From a virus, in IMG/VR virus record IMGVR_UViG_3300016471_001035, positions 64,001-128,000 of that record: 64,000 nucleotides of DNA; one strand, 5' to 3'. Positions 28,567 to 37,956 of this stretch are shown here, in pieces. The position numbers were made by a program, and so were the translations under genes. The notes below the pieces were generated by a model. That model was not told the DNA's origin. It made no database searches and saw only the letters and a list, made by a program, of their open reading frames with translations. Within the stretch, counting starts at the first letter, position 1. Each line of letters begins with the position of its first letter.

Positions 28567-28816
28567 ATTTAAGGCTGAAGAATATGCCAGGTGGCTTTGT
28601 TTAATAGAAGCTTTAGATATTGTTACTCGCGGTGCAGATAGATTTAAAGTCGATCTAAATAACAAAGATATTGATTGGATTAAGCCTCTGTCTTTTCAAA
28701 AATATGTGGCCGAGCGCTTTGAATCAATGATTGATGAGGTGTCGATGAACGAAGGTGTAAAGATAAATATTAAAAAATTACCATGCATTACATCGTCGGA
28801 ACCAGTTTTAGAGTAA
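28508..28816 (+). CDS. hypothetical protein
   Basis: 102 aa; upstream TTGACG promoter. Confidence 0.55.
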   Translation: MPSVFSKKYITIQTSKTTHKFKAEEYARWLCLIEALDIVTRGADRFKVDLNNKDIDWIKPLSFQKYVAERFESMIDEVSMNEGVKINIKKLPCITSSEPVLE

Positions 28817-29058
28817 CACCTAATCCCAAAGCTTTAATTAGGGACAAAAGATTCGAACCACAGCAAATCTATACTTTAATTCATATAGTTAAAAGAGATA
28901 ATAAAGTCACATATACTTTTTTAGGTAATGGAAAAAAAATATTAGTAGACTTTAATAGTTGTAGAGAAGGCGATCAGTTTATTTCAAAATTTAGAAATGA
29001 AAATTTACCTAATTACGAGGCCCAATTATCCCCTGTAACAGATAATATAGCAGATTAA
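28783..29058 (+). CDS. hypothetical protein
   Basis: 91 aa; TAAATA upstream. Confidence 0.5.
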   Translation: MHYIVGTSFRVTPNPKALIRDKRFEPQQIYTLIHIVKRDNKVTYTFLGNGKKILVDFNSCREGDQFISKFRNENLPNYEAQLSPVTDNIAD

Positions 29059-29059
29059 G

Positions 29060-29791
29060 TTACCATTCTAAAATAACACACCCACCTACACCGCTACCGC
29101 TGTTTGCAGATCCGCCAAAACCAAAATTAGAAAATATTTTTCCAGGTAAATTATTTGTACCGTTTAAGATTATTATTCCACCTGATCCGCTACCACCACC
29201 ACCCTGTCCCCCACTGCCTCCAGCAGAATTGTTACCACAATTTTTAAATGCTCCTCCACCGCCATTTCCGCCTGTAGCTACTATGCTGCCTACTGATGTA
29301 GATCCTCCTACTTGACCAGCACCTGCAGTAACGCCACAACCCGTGCTTCCACCACCGCCACCGCCATTTCCAATAGAAATTGATAGCTGTTGCCCAGGTG
29401 TTACATCTAAAATACCTAAACAGCATCCACCCCCACCACCAGCTCCGCCTCCATATGCTCCATAGCTAGAGGATGCACCTCCCCCTGCACCGCCCCCACC
29501 ACCTATACATGTAACTTTTAATTTTGTTATATTAGAAGGTACAGTAAATGTACTGGATGAGGTAAATAGCTGTAAGCCGCTAAACGTAGAAAAAGATGGT
29601 TTATTTAACAAATCGGTGTAACTACCAGTTGTCGCAACAGTAGCTAATGTAGGCTTGTTGGCTATATTAGTATAATCTACTTGTAAAGCTGATAATTGTG
29701 CTTTACCGGTTGTACTTCCATTTGATATAGGGACAACCAGAGAGCCTTGAGGAGTTATATCATTTAATTGAGATATAGTTATATCAGCCAT
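29060..29791 (-). CDS. tail fibre protein with glycine-rich domain
   Basis: MADITISQL anchor, TVATTGSYTDLLNKP fibre repeat, FTVP..IGGGGG..GG.G..ILEW Gly-rich domain. Confidence 0.75.
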   Translation of the reverse strand: MADITISQLNDITPQGSLVVPISNGSTTGKAQLSALQVDYTNIANKPTLATVATTGSYTDLLNKPSFSTFSGLQLFTSSSTFTVPSNITKLKVTCIGGGGGAGGGASSSYGAYGGGAGGGGGCCLGILDVTPGQQLSISIGNGGGGGGSTGCGVTAGAGQVGGSTSVGSIVATGGNGGGGAFKNCGNNSAGGSGGQGGGGSGSGGIIILNGTNNLPGKIFSNFGFGGSANSGSGVGGCVILEW

Positions 29792-30519
29792 TATTGATAA
29801 CCTCCATATACATCTGAATAATCTGTTTTGCTATAGTCAAAAACATTTTTTGATGCTACATTGACATCGTAGCTATAAGGCTTTTGTGCTCCTGAAGCTG
29901 TAGGCGACGTGGTGTCATCAAATACTTGATCATTTTGCGCTTCTGGCGTTACTCCAGGTTCAAACGAGTATTCGAATCTCTTAGCTTTTATCAACCAAAC
30001 ATAATGACCTGCAAGAGGATTAATTTGTGCTATATCTTGATCTAATCTTTGGGTAATTTCATATATATTACCGTTTCTACCCCCCGGCCTATCATTACCA
30101 TATTCGGTTAATTGAAAAAGATCGCCAGCTTTAGGTTCTGCACCCTGCCCAAAAGTAGCATAAAACGCGCTTATATGAACAAATGCAGTGACTTCGTCAT
30201 CTGATACTAAGCCAAACTTACTTAAAAGCAATGCATTTTCATTTAAATTAATAGCTATAATTAAATCTTGAGGAGGAGAGTATTGTTGTGTTGGCTGCTC
30301 TCCGTAAAGCATGTCTGCACTTAATGTACTAGTATTATTAACTATATAACCAACTTTCTGTCCATAAAGATTAATTTGTTCTCTCCAGTAATTAGATATA
30401 ATGTTTCTTTCGTCTGTATTTTTACTTTTATCTGTAAATCTAAAACAAGTATTATCTACAAAAAAGAAAGGGTATGTCTTAGACTGTTCTAGATTACCTG
30501 TATAATATTCTGTAGACAT
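29791..30519 (-). CDS. gp14: neck / head-closure protein gp14
   Basis: EQINLYGQKVGY, LYGE, LSKFGL..DDE, EPKAGDL. Confidence 0.75.
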   Translation of the reverse strand: MSTEYYTGNLEQSKTYPFFFVDNTCFRFTDKSKNTDERNIISNYWREQINLYGQKVGYIVNNTSTLSADMLYGEQPTQQYSPPQDLIIAINLNENALLLSKFGLVSDDEVTAFVHISAFYATFGQGAEPKAGDLFQLTEYGNDRPGGRNGNIYEITQRLDQDIAQINPLAGHYVWLIKAKRFEYSFEPGVTPEAQNDQVFDDTTSPTASGAQKPYSYDVNVASKNVFDYSKTDYSDVYGGYQ

Positions 30520-30525
30520 ATTAAG

Positions 30526-31377
30526 TTAAGAGATTTTGCTTACCCCTAATCCAGTTAGCTTTATCCAATAGTAGCCTTGGCCATTATAAGACCCTGCAGA
30601 TTTGCTTATAACTAAATCTGTATTATCCCAGGTAACCGACCAATTGCCTGCTGTACCATTATTAGAATTGTAATATGTAGTAATATCTTTTATAGACCAT
30701 GGAGCTCCCCCTAGGGCAAAAGCCGCAAAATAAGTACAACCATAAGTATTAACATAACCATAGTGCGAGAATGTTGCTTCAATTTTAAAAGGCCCTCCTA
30801 TTTCAGGTCTTGCTTTATGGGTAATTACTGAATTTCCTGCAGAATACCCTGCCCATGCGAGATCAGAAACACCATCTAGAGAAAAAGATTTTTGTGCAGA
30901 TACAGTACCATAAACTGATAATTGCCCATCCTGTTGTAACGTCATTCTCCTGTAAACTACCGGTGTTTGAAAATTGCTACCTCCACTAGGCCCTTGAATA
31001 AATTGTAAATTACCTGTCAATCCGGTATTATCAGTTAAATTGTCCGGGCTTACAAATATATGCCAACTTCTATAGTTGTTACTATTACTATTTTCAGGAA
31101 ATGTTAACCCTTCATAAGGCCCGGTTTCATTCCAATATAAATTGTTTAAACCTCTTATATCACCGTTATTGAGTTGTAAACAAATAATACCAGGACTACC
31201 AGCGGGAACAGTATCCCAAGTTAACGTAGAACTTAAAAGACTTATTCTAGAAGAATCGCTATAGAGAATAGAAGATACGGGAATGGATTTAGTTGTACCA
31301 CCGTTAGCTACAGGTAATAAAGCATTACCTCTTGTAACCGTTGCTATTGGTAATCCAGATATTGTAACATCTGCCAT
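30526..31377 (-). CDS. tail fibre-like protein
   Basis: MADVTISGL anchor, RMTLQQDGQLSV fibre repeat, beta-rich C-terminal domain. Confidence 0.65.
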   Translation of the reverse strand: MADVTISGLPIATVTRGNALLPVANGGTTKSIPVSSILYSDSSRISLLSSTLTWDTVPAGSPGIICLQLNNGDIRGLNNLYWNETGPYEGLTFPENSNSNNYRSWHIFVSPDNLTDNTGLTGNLQFIQGPSGGSNFQTPVVYRRMTLQQDGQLSVYGTVSAQKSFSLDGVSDLAWAGYSAGNSVITHKARPEIGGPFKIEATFSHYGYVNTYGCTYFAAFALGGAPWSIKDITTYYNSNNGTAGNWSVTWDNTDLVISKSAGSYNGQGYYWIKLTGLGVSKIS

Positions 31378-31378
31378 A

Positions 31379-31699
31379 TTATTTCTCTAAAACCGCCTTT
31401 CCTATTAATGGATCAAATCTAAGACTTATACCCGTATTACCTAGTTTTTTAGGTGTAGTACTAGAATATTTTAAGTTAAATTGATCTTCAACATCTTTTA
31501 TATCAGAACTATTAATAGCAATCTTACCTGTTTTTTTTCTTAATAAGCTTAATACTCTTTGGTTCTTAAGTATTGTTTGATGTGCTTTGGGAACAAACCT
31601 CGCTTGTGAGGGTAGAGTTTCTCCTAAACCCTCATGTCGCTTTTTAACAAAATCTCCTTTTTTGTTGAATTTACGCCAATGATCTTTAAACGTATTCAC
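31379..31699 (-). CDS. hypothetical basic late protein
   Basis: 106 aa; GTG start 5 nt after TAAATA. Confidence 0.55.
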   Translation of the reverse strand: MNTFKDHWRKFNKKGDFVKKRHEGLGETLPSQARFVPKAHQTILKNQRVLSLLRKKTGKIAINSSDIKDVEDQFNLKYSSTTPKKLGNTGISLRFDPLIGKAVLEK

Positions 31700-31713
31700 T
31701 TAAGTATTTAAGC

Positions 31714-31744
31714 AAAAAAAAGGGCCTAATTTGACTTAGGCCCT
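31714..31744 (-). terminator. rho-independent terminator
   Basis: Stem AGGGCCTAA / TTAGGCCCT (31721-31744) followed by a U-tract on the minus strand, after gene 31771..32679. Confidence 0.85.
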
Positions 31745-31770
31745 AATTTTTACTATTTTTGACTAATTTA

Positions 31771-32679
31771 TTATTTTAGTCCTGCTAGATAAGCACCTAC
31801 TTTGCTTGTCTTAGAGGCAACTACATTAGCCTTACCCTTTGGAGATGTTGGGGCACCACCCTTAACACCTGCACCTACTAGGGCATGGCCCTTTTCACCA
31901 TCATTACCAACTTTATCCGTTACCTTGCCATCGCCTTCACCGTGAGAAACAAGGCTCTTTGTTACATCACCAACCTTGTTATCTTTCTTTTGAAGGGACT
32001 GACCGGCTGAATCGGGAAGTTCTTTTAATTCTGTGGCTTCTTTAGCAACGCCGTCTTCTTCGTCTTCATCCTTCTTATCGTCCTTCTTATCTTCTTTCTT
32101 TTTCTCTTCGTTGGACTCTTCAGGAGTTGTTTCATCACCGGCTTCTTCACCACCTAAATCTTCTTCGCCAGCGGCTTCCTCATCACCAAGAACTGCCACC
32201 AAAGCATCGTGTAGCTTTTGGGCTAGATCCTTAGAGAGAGTAACTGTTACTTCTTCACCACCGACATCTTCACCAGCATCGCCCGAGGGCAACCCGAGAG
32301 CAGCGGCGTCATTTGCCTCGGTATCATCTGGCTGACCGGACATTACGTCCTCATATAGTTTGTCAAAAATAGATTTGCTCATAAAAGTATTTATTGTTTG
32401 AGTTTCTGTTTTTTCAAGGTTTTGTGAGAATTTTTTAGGCTCATAAAAATTTTCTTTTTTAGCGGTTTTAGGATCAATAATATCCTTATTAAATCCATCT
32501 GCGTTTTCAGGGCCAGAAGCTTTAGGAAGAATAGCGCTTTTATCAGCTTTTGCTTCAACAGGCTTCTTATCTTCAACACGCTTAAAAGTATCCTTAGGAG
32601 GAAATACACTTTTCTTTTCTTCAATAACTTGCTTTTCATAGTATTCACCTAATTTAACTAGCGTTCTGACACCGTTCAT
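31771..32679 (-). CDS. acidic prohead core/scaffold-like protein
   Basis: 302 aa; E/D/K-rich low complexity, late box, own terminator; nested start at 32382. Confidence 0.55.
   Translation of the reverse strand: MNGVRTLVKLGEYYEKQVIEEKKSVFPPKDTFKRVEDKKPVEAKADKSAILPKASGPENADGFNKDIIDPKTAKKENFYEPKKFSQNLEKTETQTINTFMSKSIFDKLYEDVMSGQPDDTEANDAAALGLPSGDAGEDVGGEEVTVTLSKDLAQKLHDALVAVLGDEEAAGEEDLGGEEAGDETTPEESNEEKKKEDKKDDKKDEDEEDGVAKEATELKELPDSAGQSLQKKDNKVGDVTKSLVSHGEGDGKVTDKVGNDGEKGHALVGAGVKGGAPTSPKGKANVVASKTSKVGAYLAGLK
32388..32393 (-). promoter_or_regulatory. intragenic late promoter
   Basis: aaTAAATA-ctttt-ATG (32382) inside the 302-aa gene. Confidence 0.6.
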
Positions 32680-32685
32680 ATTAAG

Positions 32686-32691
32686 TATTTA
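32686..32691 (-). promoter_or_regulatory. late promoter
   Basis: TAAATA-N6-ATG (32679). Confidence 0.65.
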
Positions 32692-32699
32692 TTATATAT

Positions 32700-34406
32700 A
32701 TGCCTAAAAAACAAGAAAGTCAATTTTATTTAGGTAATCAAAATCTACCTACAGCTGATGCAACTTTTGATTATGAAGCACATCCAGAGTGGGTAGAAGA
32801 TATAGCTAAATGTAGAAAAAATATTTTATATTTTGCAGAAAACTTTTTCTTTATTACTAATTTAGATGAAGGTAAGATGAAAATTAAGCTCCATACCTAT
32901 CAAAAAAGAATATTAAGAAGTTTAAGAGACAATAGATTTGTATGTCTATTAGCTTCAAGACAGATAGGTAAAACCACATTAATGACGATATATGCATTAT
33001 GGATAGCATCTTTTTTTGAAGATCAGCGTATTTTAATTGTAGCAAACAAAGAACAGACAGCTATTAACATTTTTAAAAGAGTTCGTTTAGCTTATGAAAA
33101 GCTACCTAATTATCTTAAACCAGGAACCGTAGAATATGGAAAAACATCAATGTCTTTGGGAAATGGGTCTAGTATTGGTATTTCGACGACCAGCAGTGAT
33201 GCTGGTAGAGGCGATAGCTGTAATGTTCTTATTTTGGACGAGCTAGCATTTATTGACAACCATCTCGTAGAGCAGTTTTGGAGCTCAGTTTACCCAATTA
33301 TTTCATCCTCTAAAAAATCTAAGATATTTGTTGCTTCAACTCCAAATGGAACAGGTAATCTTTTTCACGAATTATATTCTGGAGCTGTTGAAGGTAAGAA
33401 CGATTGGCACGCAGAAAAAGTTGATTGGTGGGAATTCCCTGGTCGTGATGATGTATGGAAGGAAAAAACAATTCGTACCTTGGGTAGTAGAGAAGTTTTT
33501 GACCAAGAATTTGGTAATGTATTTTTACAGGCTGGTGAAAGCGCTATAGATGAAAAACTTTTTGAACAGATGAAATCAGAATGTATAGAACCAAATTTTG
33601 TTTTTGAAAATGGAAAATATTTAATGTGGGATGAACCAAGTAAAGAAAATATTTATGTTGTAGGGGTTGATATAAGTGAGGGGGTAGGCGAGGCTGCTAG
33701 CGTTGTACAAGTCTTAGACATTACAGATTTAAGAGAAATAAAACAAGTAGCCATTTATCATGATAGAACAATAAGCCCTTACAATTTTACTTCCAAGCTT
33801 CATGAAATTTTAAAACACTGGGGATCGCCTCTAGCATTAATTGAAAGAAACAATTGCGGTGCTCAGGTTGTAGATCAATTAAAGAATACACACGGATATG
33901 AAAATATAGTTTCATACGGGATAAAAGCAGGGCCTATAAATTACAATAAAATTGGTGTACAAGCACATACTAACACAAAATATAAAGGGGTAGTTAACAT
34001 GAGATATTGGATGTCTGAATTAAAAGTTTTAAAAATTAGAGATTTAAAAACTTTAAACGAATTAAAAGGGTTTGTAAGATATCCAAACGGTACGTGGGCT
34101 GCAAAGCAAGGGGTTGATAGTTGGGATGATAGGGTTATGAGCCTTGTGTGGAGCTTAATGATTTTAGAAAACGATTTAGTAGAAAAATATTTTGAAGTAG
34201 TAGAATATGATTCAAATAGAAAACCATTAAAACTTAAATCATTAGATTACGGAGTCAAATATTTTGTAAATCCCGCTTCAATTTATAGCAATGAAAAACT
34301 AGGTGACGGATTACCACCTCTACCTATAGTCATACAGGGGGATAACTCTAATGAATTTGACGAAATAAAAGACTTAGAATCTCAAGGTTGGCAGAGGTTA
34401 CAATAA
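32700..34406 (+). CDS. gp17: terminase large subunit gp17
   Basis: SRQIGKTT, LDELAF, STPNG, FDQEF, GVDISEG, IERN, DDRVM. Confidence 0.95.
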   Translation: MPKKQESQFYLGNQNLPTADATFDYEAHPEWVEDIAKCRKNILYFAENFFFITNLDEGKMKIKLHTYQKRILRSLRDNRFVCLLASRQIGKTTLMTIYALWIASFFEDQRILIVANKEQTAINIFKRVRLAYEKLPNYLKPGTVEYGKTSMSLGNGSSIGISTTSSDAGRGDSCNVLILDELAFIDNHLVEQFWSSVYPIISSSKKSKIFVASTPNGTGNLFHELYSGAVEGKNDWHAEKVDWWEFPGRDDVWKEKTIRTLGSREVFDQEFGNVFLQAGESAIDEKLFEQMKSECIEPNFVFENGKYLMWDEPSKENIYVVGVDISEGVGEAASVVQVLDITDLREIKQVAIYHDRTISPYNFTSKLHEILKHWGSPLALIERNNCGAQVVDQLKNTHGYENIVSYGIKAGPINYNKIGVQAHTNTKYKGVVNMRYWMSELKVLKIRDLKTLNELKGFVRYPNGTWAAKQGVDSWDDRVMSLVWSLMILENDLVEKYFEVVEYDSNRKPLKLKSLDYGVKYFVNPASIYSNEKLGDGLPPLPIVIQGDNSNEFDEIKDLESQGWQRLQ

Positions 34407-34409
34407 ATA
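34404..34409 (+). promoter_or_regulatory. late promoter (gp3)
   Basis: TAAATA-N5-ATG; includes the gp17 stop codon. Confidence 0.65.
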
Positions 34410-34414
34410 ATTAA

Positions 34415-35029
34415 ATGGCAAACTTAGTACCATACACTCAAAGCCCTTTCAATAAAGCGCGTAAAGACAAATTTTTACTAGTGCTTAATTTTCCTCAAGG
34501 CTTAAAAGACATATCACAAAAAATGATTAGATCTAATAAAACTATAATTCCCGATTCCATTCAGTTTTCTGTGTTTGGTGCAGTTGTGCCAGAAATAGAA
34601 GTACCGGTAGTAAATGTTAGATACTCTGGACAAACGTTAGCAGCGTCTAGCCATTCTCGTGAACCGTACCCTCCAGTCACGGTTAACTTTACCGTTGATA
34701 ACAGATTCAACAATTATTATGTCATTTATAAATGGTTAGATATTTTAAACAGCAGTAAAACTAGTATTTTTGACGAAAATAATATTATAGAGGCTAAGAA
34801 GTCAACCAGTGGGGGTAATGATAACATGCTTTACAGAGCTAATATATCTATTTTCGCATTAGACGAATACGATAAAAGAATAGTAGAATTTGTCTATACA
34901 AATGCATTTCCTATTAATTTAGGAGGTATTACATTTAATAATAGGGATGCAGGAGAAGTAGAAGCTTCATTTACATTTGTTTACTCTCAACTTCAGGTTT
35001 CTTTGGTAGAATATATAGATAGTTTATAA
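34415..35029 (+). CDS. gp3: tail completion / tube terminator gp3-like
   Basis: Y.PVTVNFTVDNRFNNY..IYKWL and NAFPINLGG tube-fold motifs. Confidence 0.7.
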   Translation: MANLVPYTQSPFNKARKDKFLLVLNFPQGLKDISQKMIRSNKTIIPDSIQFSVFGAVVPEIEVPVVNVRYSGQTLAASSHSREPYPPVTVNFTVDNRFNNYYVIYKWLDILNSSKTSIFDENNIIEAKKSTSGGNDNMLYRANISIFALDEYDKRIVEFVYTNAFPINLGGITFNNRDAGEVEASFTFVYSQLQVSLVEYIDSL

Positions 35030-35058
35030 AAAATTAAAAAGTTTTATCCAAAAAAACA

Positions 35059-35064
35059 TAAATA
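35059..35064 (+). promoter_or_regulatory. late promoter (gp18)
   Basis: caTAAATA-N6-ATG. Confidence 0.7.
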
Positions 35065-35070
35065 CTTTAT

Positions 35071-37368
35071 ATGGCACGCACAATTCAAAGCCCCGGAGTG
35101 GAAATTAATGAAATCGATTTATCGCTTAGAAATGCAGGAGCCCCAGCTACAGTAGTTTTTGTACCCGGGTTTGCACCTAAAGGGCCTACATCTGAACCTA
35201 TTAGCGTAACATCCCTCTCTGAATTTGAACAAATTTTCGGTCAGCCTACTAATTCTGCTGAAAGATATTTTTATCATTCGGTAAAAGGTGTCCTGCAATC
35301 GCCAGCCAATCCAATCGTTTATCGCTTACCTTATGGTGAAGGCGCCGGTGTTGATACAAGCGATGAATATAGTGCATTAGTATTTCCTGTCAAAGCATAT
35401 TGCCCTTCTACAGGGTATATTGAAACAGATTTAACTAAGCCCGATTCAAGATACTTTTTCGGTTCACCCACACACCTTAAGCTTACACAAAATGAATACC
35501 TTTCAATTTTAAAGGGCGACGGTTTTAGTTGGGCAGCTGATACACAAAACACAACAACATTTAGTAGTGTTTCTGCACTTAGTGGTGCAGGTGTTATTAT
35601 TCTCAATAAAGCTCAATCAACTATTAATACAAAATTTGAAGGTGTTTATATTAGTATTGCTGATAATACGAATCTTAACCCTGCAACACCCTTTAATGAT
35701 GTAAACGCAGTTCTTAGCGTTAATAATGAAACTAAAGCAATTTTTGGCAATGGTTATGTTAGCATTCCAGATGTAAGATTAAACTTTACTCTGTCAGCGG
35801 ATGCAGCAGGGTTACAAGGTAGCGTGTCCGAGGTACTAGAGAATATACCTACATTTGATATTTCATCAAACCAGTATGATGATACCGTAACACTTGGTGT
35901 ATTTAAGCTTAGACAGTCTGTATTCTCACCTGATACAATTGCGCTTGACTATGTGCTGCAAGAAGGATATACCGCATCATTTGATGCACACAGACAAATT
36001 AACAGCGTTAATGGCGGGCCGCCCATCAGTTTCTTCTTAGAGATTGCTGACCAGACTTCAACAAATATAACAACAATTATTAACCCCTACATTTCTAATA
36101 AGGGTGGAAATACCTGGCTTGATACTAATGGTGTACCAGCTAAGAAAGTTCGTTTCCTTAGCTCTCAACTTCTAACACCTTTAGCAAATGAAACTGCAAG
36201 TGCTTATACGACTCGTGTTGGTGCTCCTTCCGGGCAAGTCGCTACATTAGCAAGCCAACTAGGTACAACAAATGCTTTATACGCTCTAGGTGATTACAGC
36301 GATGAAGATCTATCAACAAAAATTATTGGTAATGTACCTGCAAAGCTCACTACAGCTACTGAAAAGCTAGCTAATGTAGATTTATATCCGCTTAATATAT
36401 CAATAGAAGCCGGTTTAGGTACTATATATGCAAACTCATTTAACCCTTCCACATATCAATATTTTGATGATAGTGTTCCTTTTGACGCTTTAGTTGAAGA
36501 ATTAGCAGTACAAAACCCTTCTAGCACACCATCTTGCGTACAACATTATAATGCAGTTGTAGGGCCTTTCATAAACCTTACAAATAGCCGTAAGGACCAT
36601 TTGTTTATTGCTGATCCATTTACAAATATCTTTATTCAGGGTGCTAACTTAAAGACATTAGATATACCTGAAAAGTCGTTCCCCACAGATATTTATTGGT
36701 CTTTAAAAAATCAATTTGGCAGCATTGATTCAAGTTATGTTGCAACATTTGCAAATGTTGCTAAAGTAGCAGATATTGCTACAAATCAGCAAGTATGGGT
36801 ACCATTCTCCGGATTTGCAGCAGGATCAATGGCTTCAACTGATAATAACTTCCAGCCTTGGTATGCACCTGCAGGATTTACTCGCGGTATAATTAGCGGT
36901 ATAGTAGATCTTGCTATATATCCTAAGCAAAAACATCGCGATCAGCTATATCGTATTAATTTAAATCCTGTTACATTCTTCCCTTCAGAAGGGTTTGTAA
37001 TATTTGGACAGAAAACAATGCAGAAGAAACCTAGCGCATTTGATCGTATTAATGTTCGTAGATTGTTCTTAAATCTAGAAACTGCAACTAGAGATACAGT
37101 AAAGTATTTCTTGTTTGAGCCTAATACGCTCTTTACTAGAACACAGATTATTAATAGTTTAACACCGATCTATGATAACGCTAAAAATACTCAAGGTATT
37201 TATGATTATCTATTAATATGTGATGAGCGCAATAATACGCCCGAAACTATTGATGATAATACAATCGTTATAGACGTCTATATTAAGCCAGTAAGAGCTG
37301 CAGAGTATATACTATGTAACTTCTACTGCACTAGAACCGGAACAAATTTCCAGGAGATAGTAACTTAA
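35071..37368 (+). CDS. gp18: tail sheath protein gp18
   Basis: SPGVEINEIDLS, WYAPAGFTRG, FGQKT, AFDRINVRRLF, FEPN. Confidence 0.95.
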   Translation: MARTIQSPGVEINEIDLSLRNAGAPATVVFVPGFAPKGPTSEPISVTSLSEFEQIFGQPTNSAERYFYHSVKGVLQSPANPIVYRLPYGEGAGVDTSDEYSALVFPVKAYCPSTGYIETDLTKPDSRYFFGSPTHLKLTQNEYLSILKGDGFSWAADTQNTTTFSSVSALSGAGVIILNKAQSTINTKFEGVYISIADNTNLNPATPFNDVNAVLSVNNETKAIFGNGYVSIPDVRLNFTLSADAAGLQGSVSEVLENIPTFDISSNQYDDTVTLGVFKLRQSVFSPDTIALDYVLQEGYTASFDAHRQINSVNGGPPISFFLEIADQTSTNITTIINPYISNKGGNTWLDTNGVPAKKVRFLSSQLLTPLANETASAYTTRVGAPSGQVATLASQLGTTNALYALGDYSDEDLSTKIIGNVPAKLTTATEKLANVDLYPLNISIEAGLGTIYANSFNPSTYQYFDDSVPFDALVEELAVQNPSSTPSCVQHYNAVVGPFINLTNSRKDHLFIADPFTNIFIQGANLKTLDIPEKSFPTDIYWSLKNQFGSIDSSYVATFANVAKVADIATNQQVWVPFSGFAAGSMASTDNNFQPWYAPAGFTRGIISGIVDLAIYPKQKHRDQLYRINLNPVTFFPSEGFVIFGQKTMQKKPSAFDRINVRRLFLNLETATRDTVKYFLFEPNTLFTRTQIINSLTPIYDNAKNTQGIYDYLLICDERNNTPETIDDNTIVIDVYIKPVRAAEYILCNFYCTRTGTNFQEIVT

Positions 37369-37372
37369 TAGA

Positions 37373-37378
37373 TAAATA
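37373..37378 (+). promoter_or_regulatory. late promoter (gp19)
   Basis: gaTAAATA-N5-ATG. Confidence 0.7.
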
Positions 37379-37383
37379 ATTTT

Positions 37384-37932
37384 ATGGCAGACGTAAATCA
37401 ATTAATTACTGACTTTTACAGAGTAGCGACGAACCGTGAGTTTGCACGCGATTATAACTTTAGAGTATTATCTATTAATACAGGAGGTGCTAGTGATGTA
37501 ACGTTTGATCAAGATGATTTAGTTTATGTTAAGACAGCTTCATTACCTGCACGTCAAATTAAAAATGTTGAAGTACCTTATATGGGATTAAATTTTAATC
37601 TCCCTGGTAACGCCACATATCCAGGTTCTGATGCATATGAAATGACATTTTATGCTGATGCACAGTCGAGAATACGTCAAAAGTTTGAACAATGGTCATT
37701 AGACATTTTTAATGACGCTAATTCAACCGGTAATTACTTTGCACCAAAACAAACTGCTATTATTGATCTTGTACAGCTAGATAACCAGCTTAATAAAGTT
37801 GCTCAATATCAACTAGTAGGTGTATCAGTTCGCAATGTAGGTCCGATAAGCTATAATATAGCTACTGGTACTGGAGAGACAATTGAATTTACAGCTACAG
37901 TTTCTTATCACTACTGGAGAAACATTGGTTAA
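37384..37932 (+). CDS. gp19: tail tube protein gp19
   Basis: TASLPA...VPYMG..PG, IEFTATVSY.YW; follows the sheath gene. Confidence 0.88.
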   Translation: MADVNQLITDFYRVATNREFARDYNFRVLSINTGGASDVTFDQDDLVYVKTASLPARQIKNVEVPYMGLNFNLPGNATYPGSDAYEMTFYADAQSRIRQKFEQWSLDIFNDANSTGNYFAPKQTAIIDLVQLDNQLNKVAQYQLVGVSVRNVGPISYNIATGTGETIEFTATVSYHYWRNIG

Positions 37933-37943
37933 TTAGTTTGGGT

Positions 37944-37951
37944 TATAAATA
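37944..37951 (+). promoter_or_regulatory. late promoter
   Basis: TATAAATA-N5-GTG (full T4 late consensus). Confidence 0.7.
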
Positions 37952-37956
37952 ATTAG

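Noticed and set aside
32033-32335. Ser-rich + strand ORF
   Set aside because: Shadow of Glu/Asp/Lys codons of the scaffold-like gene.
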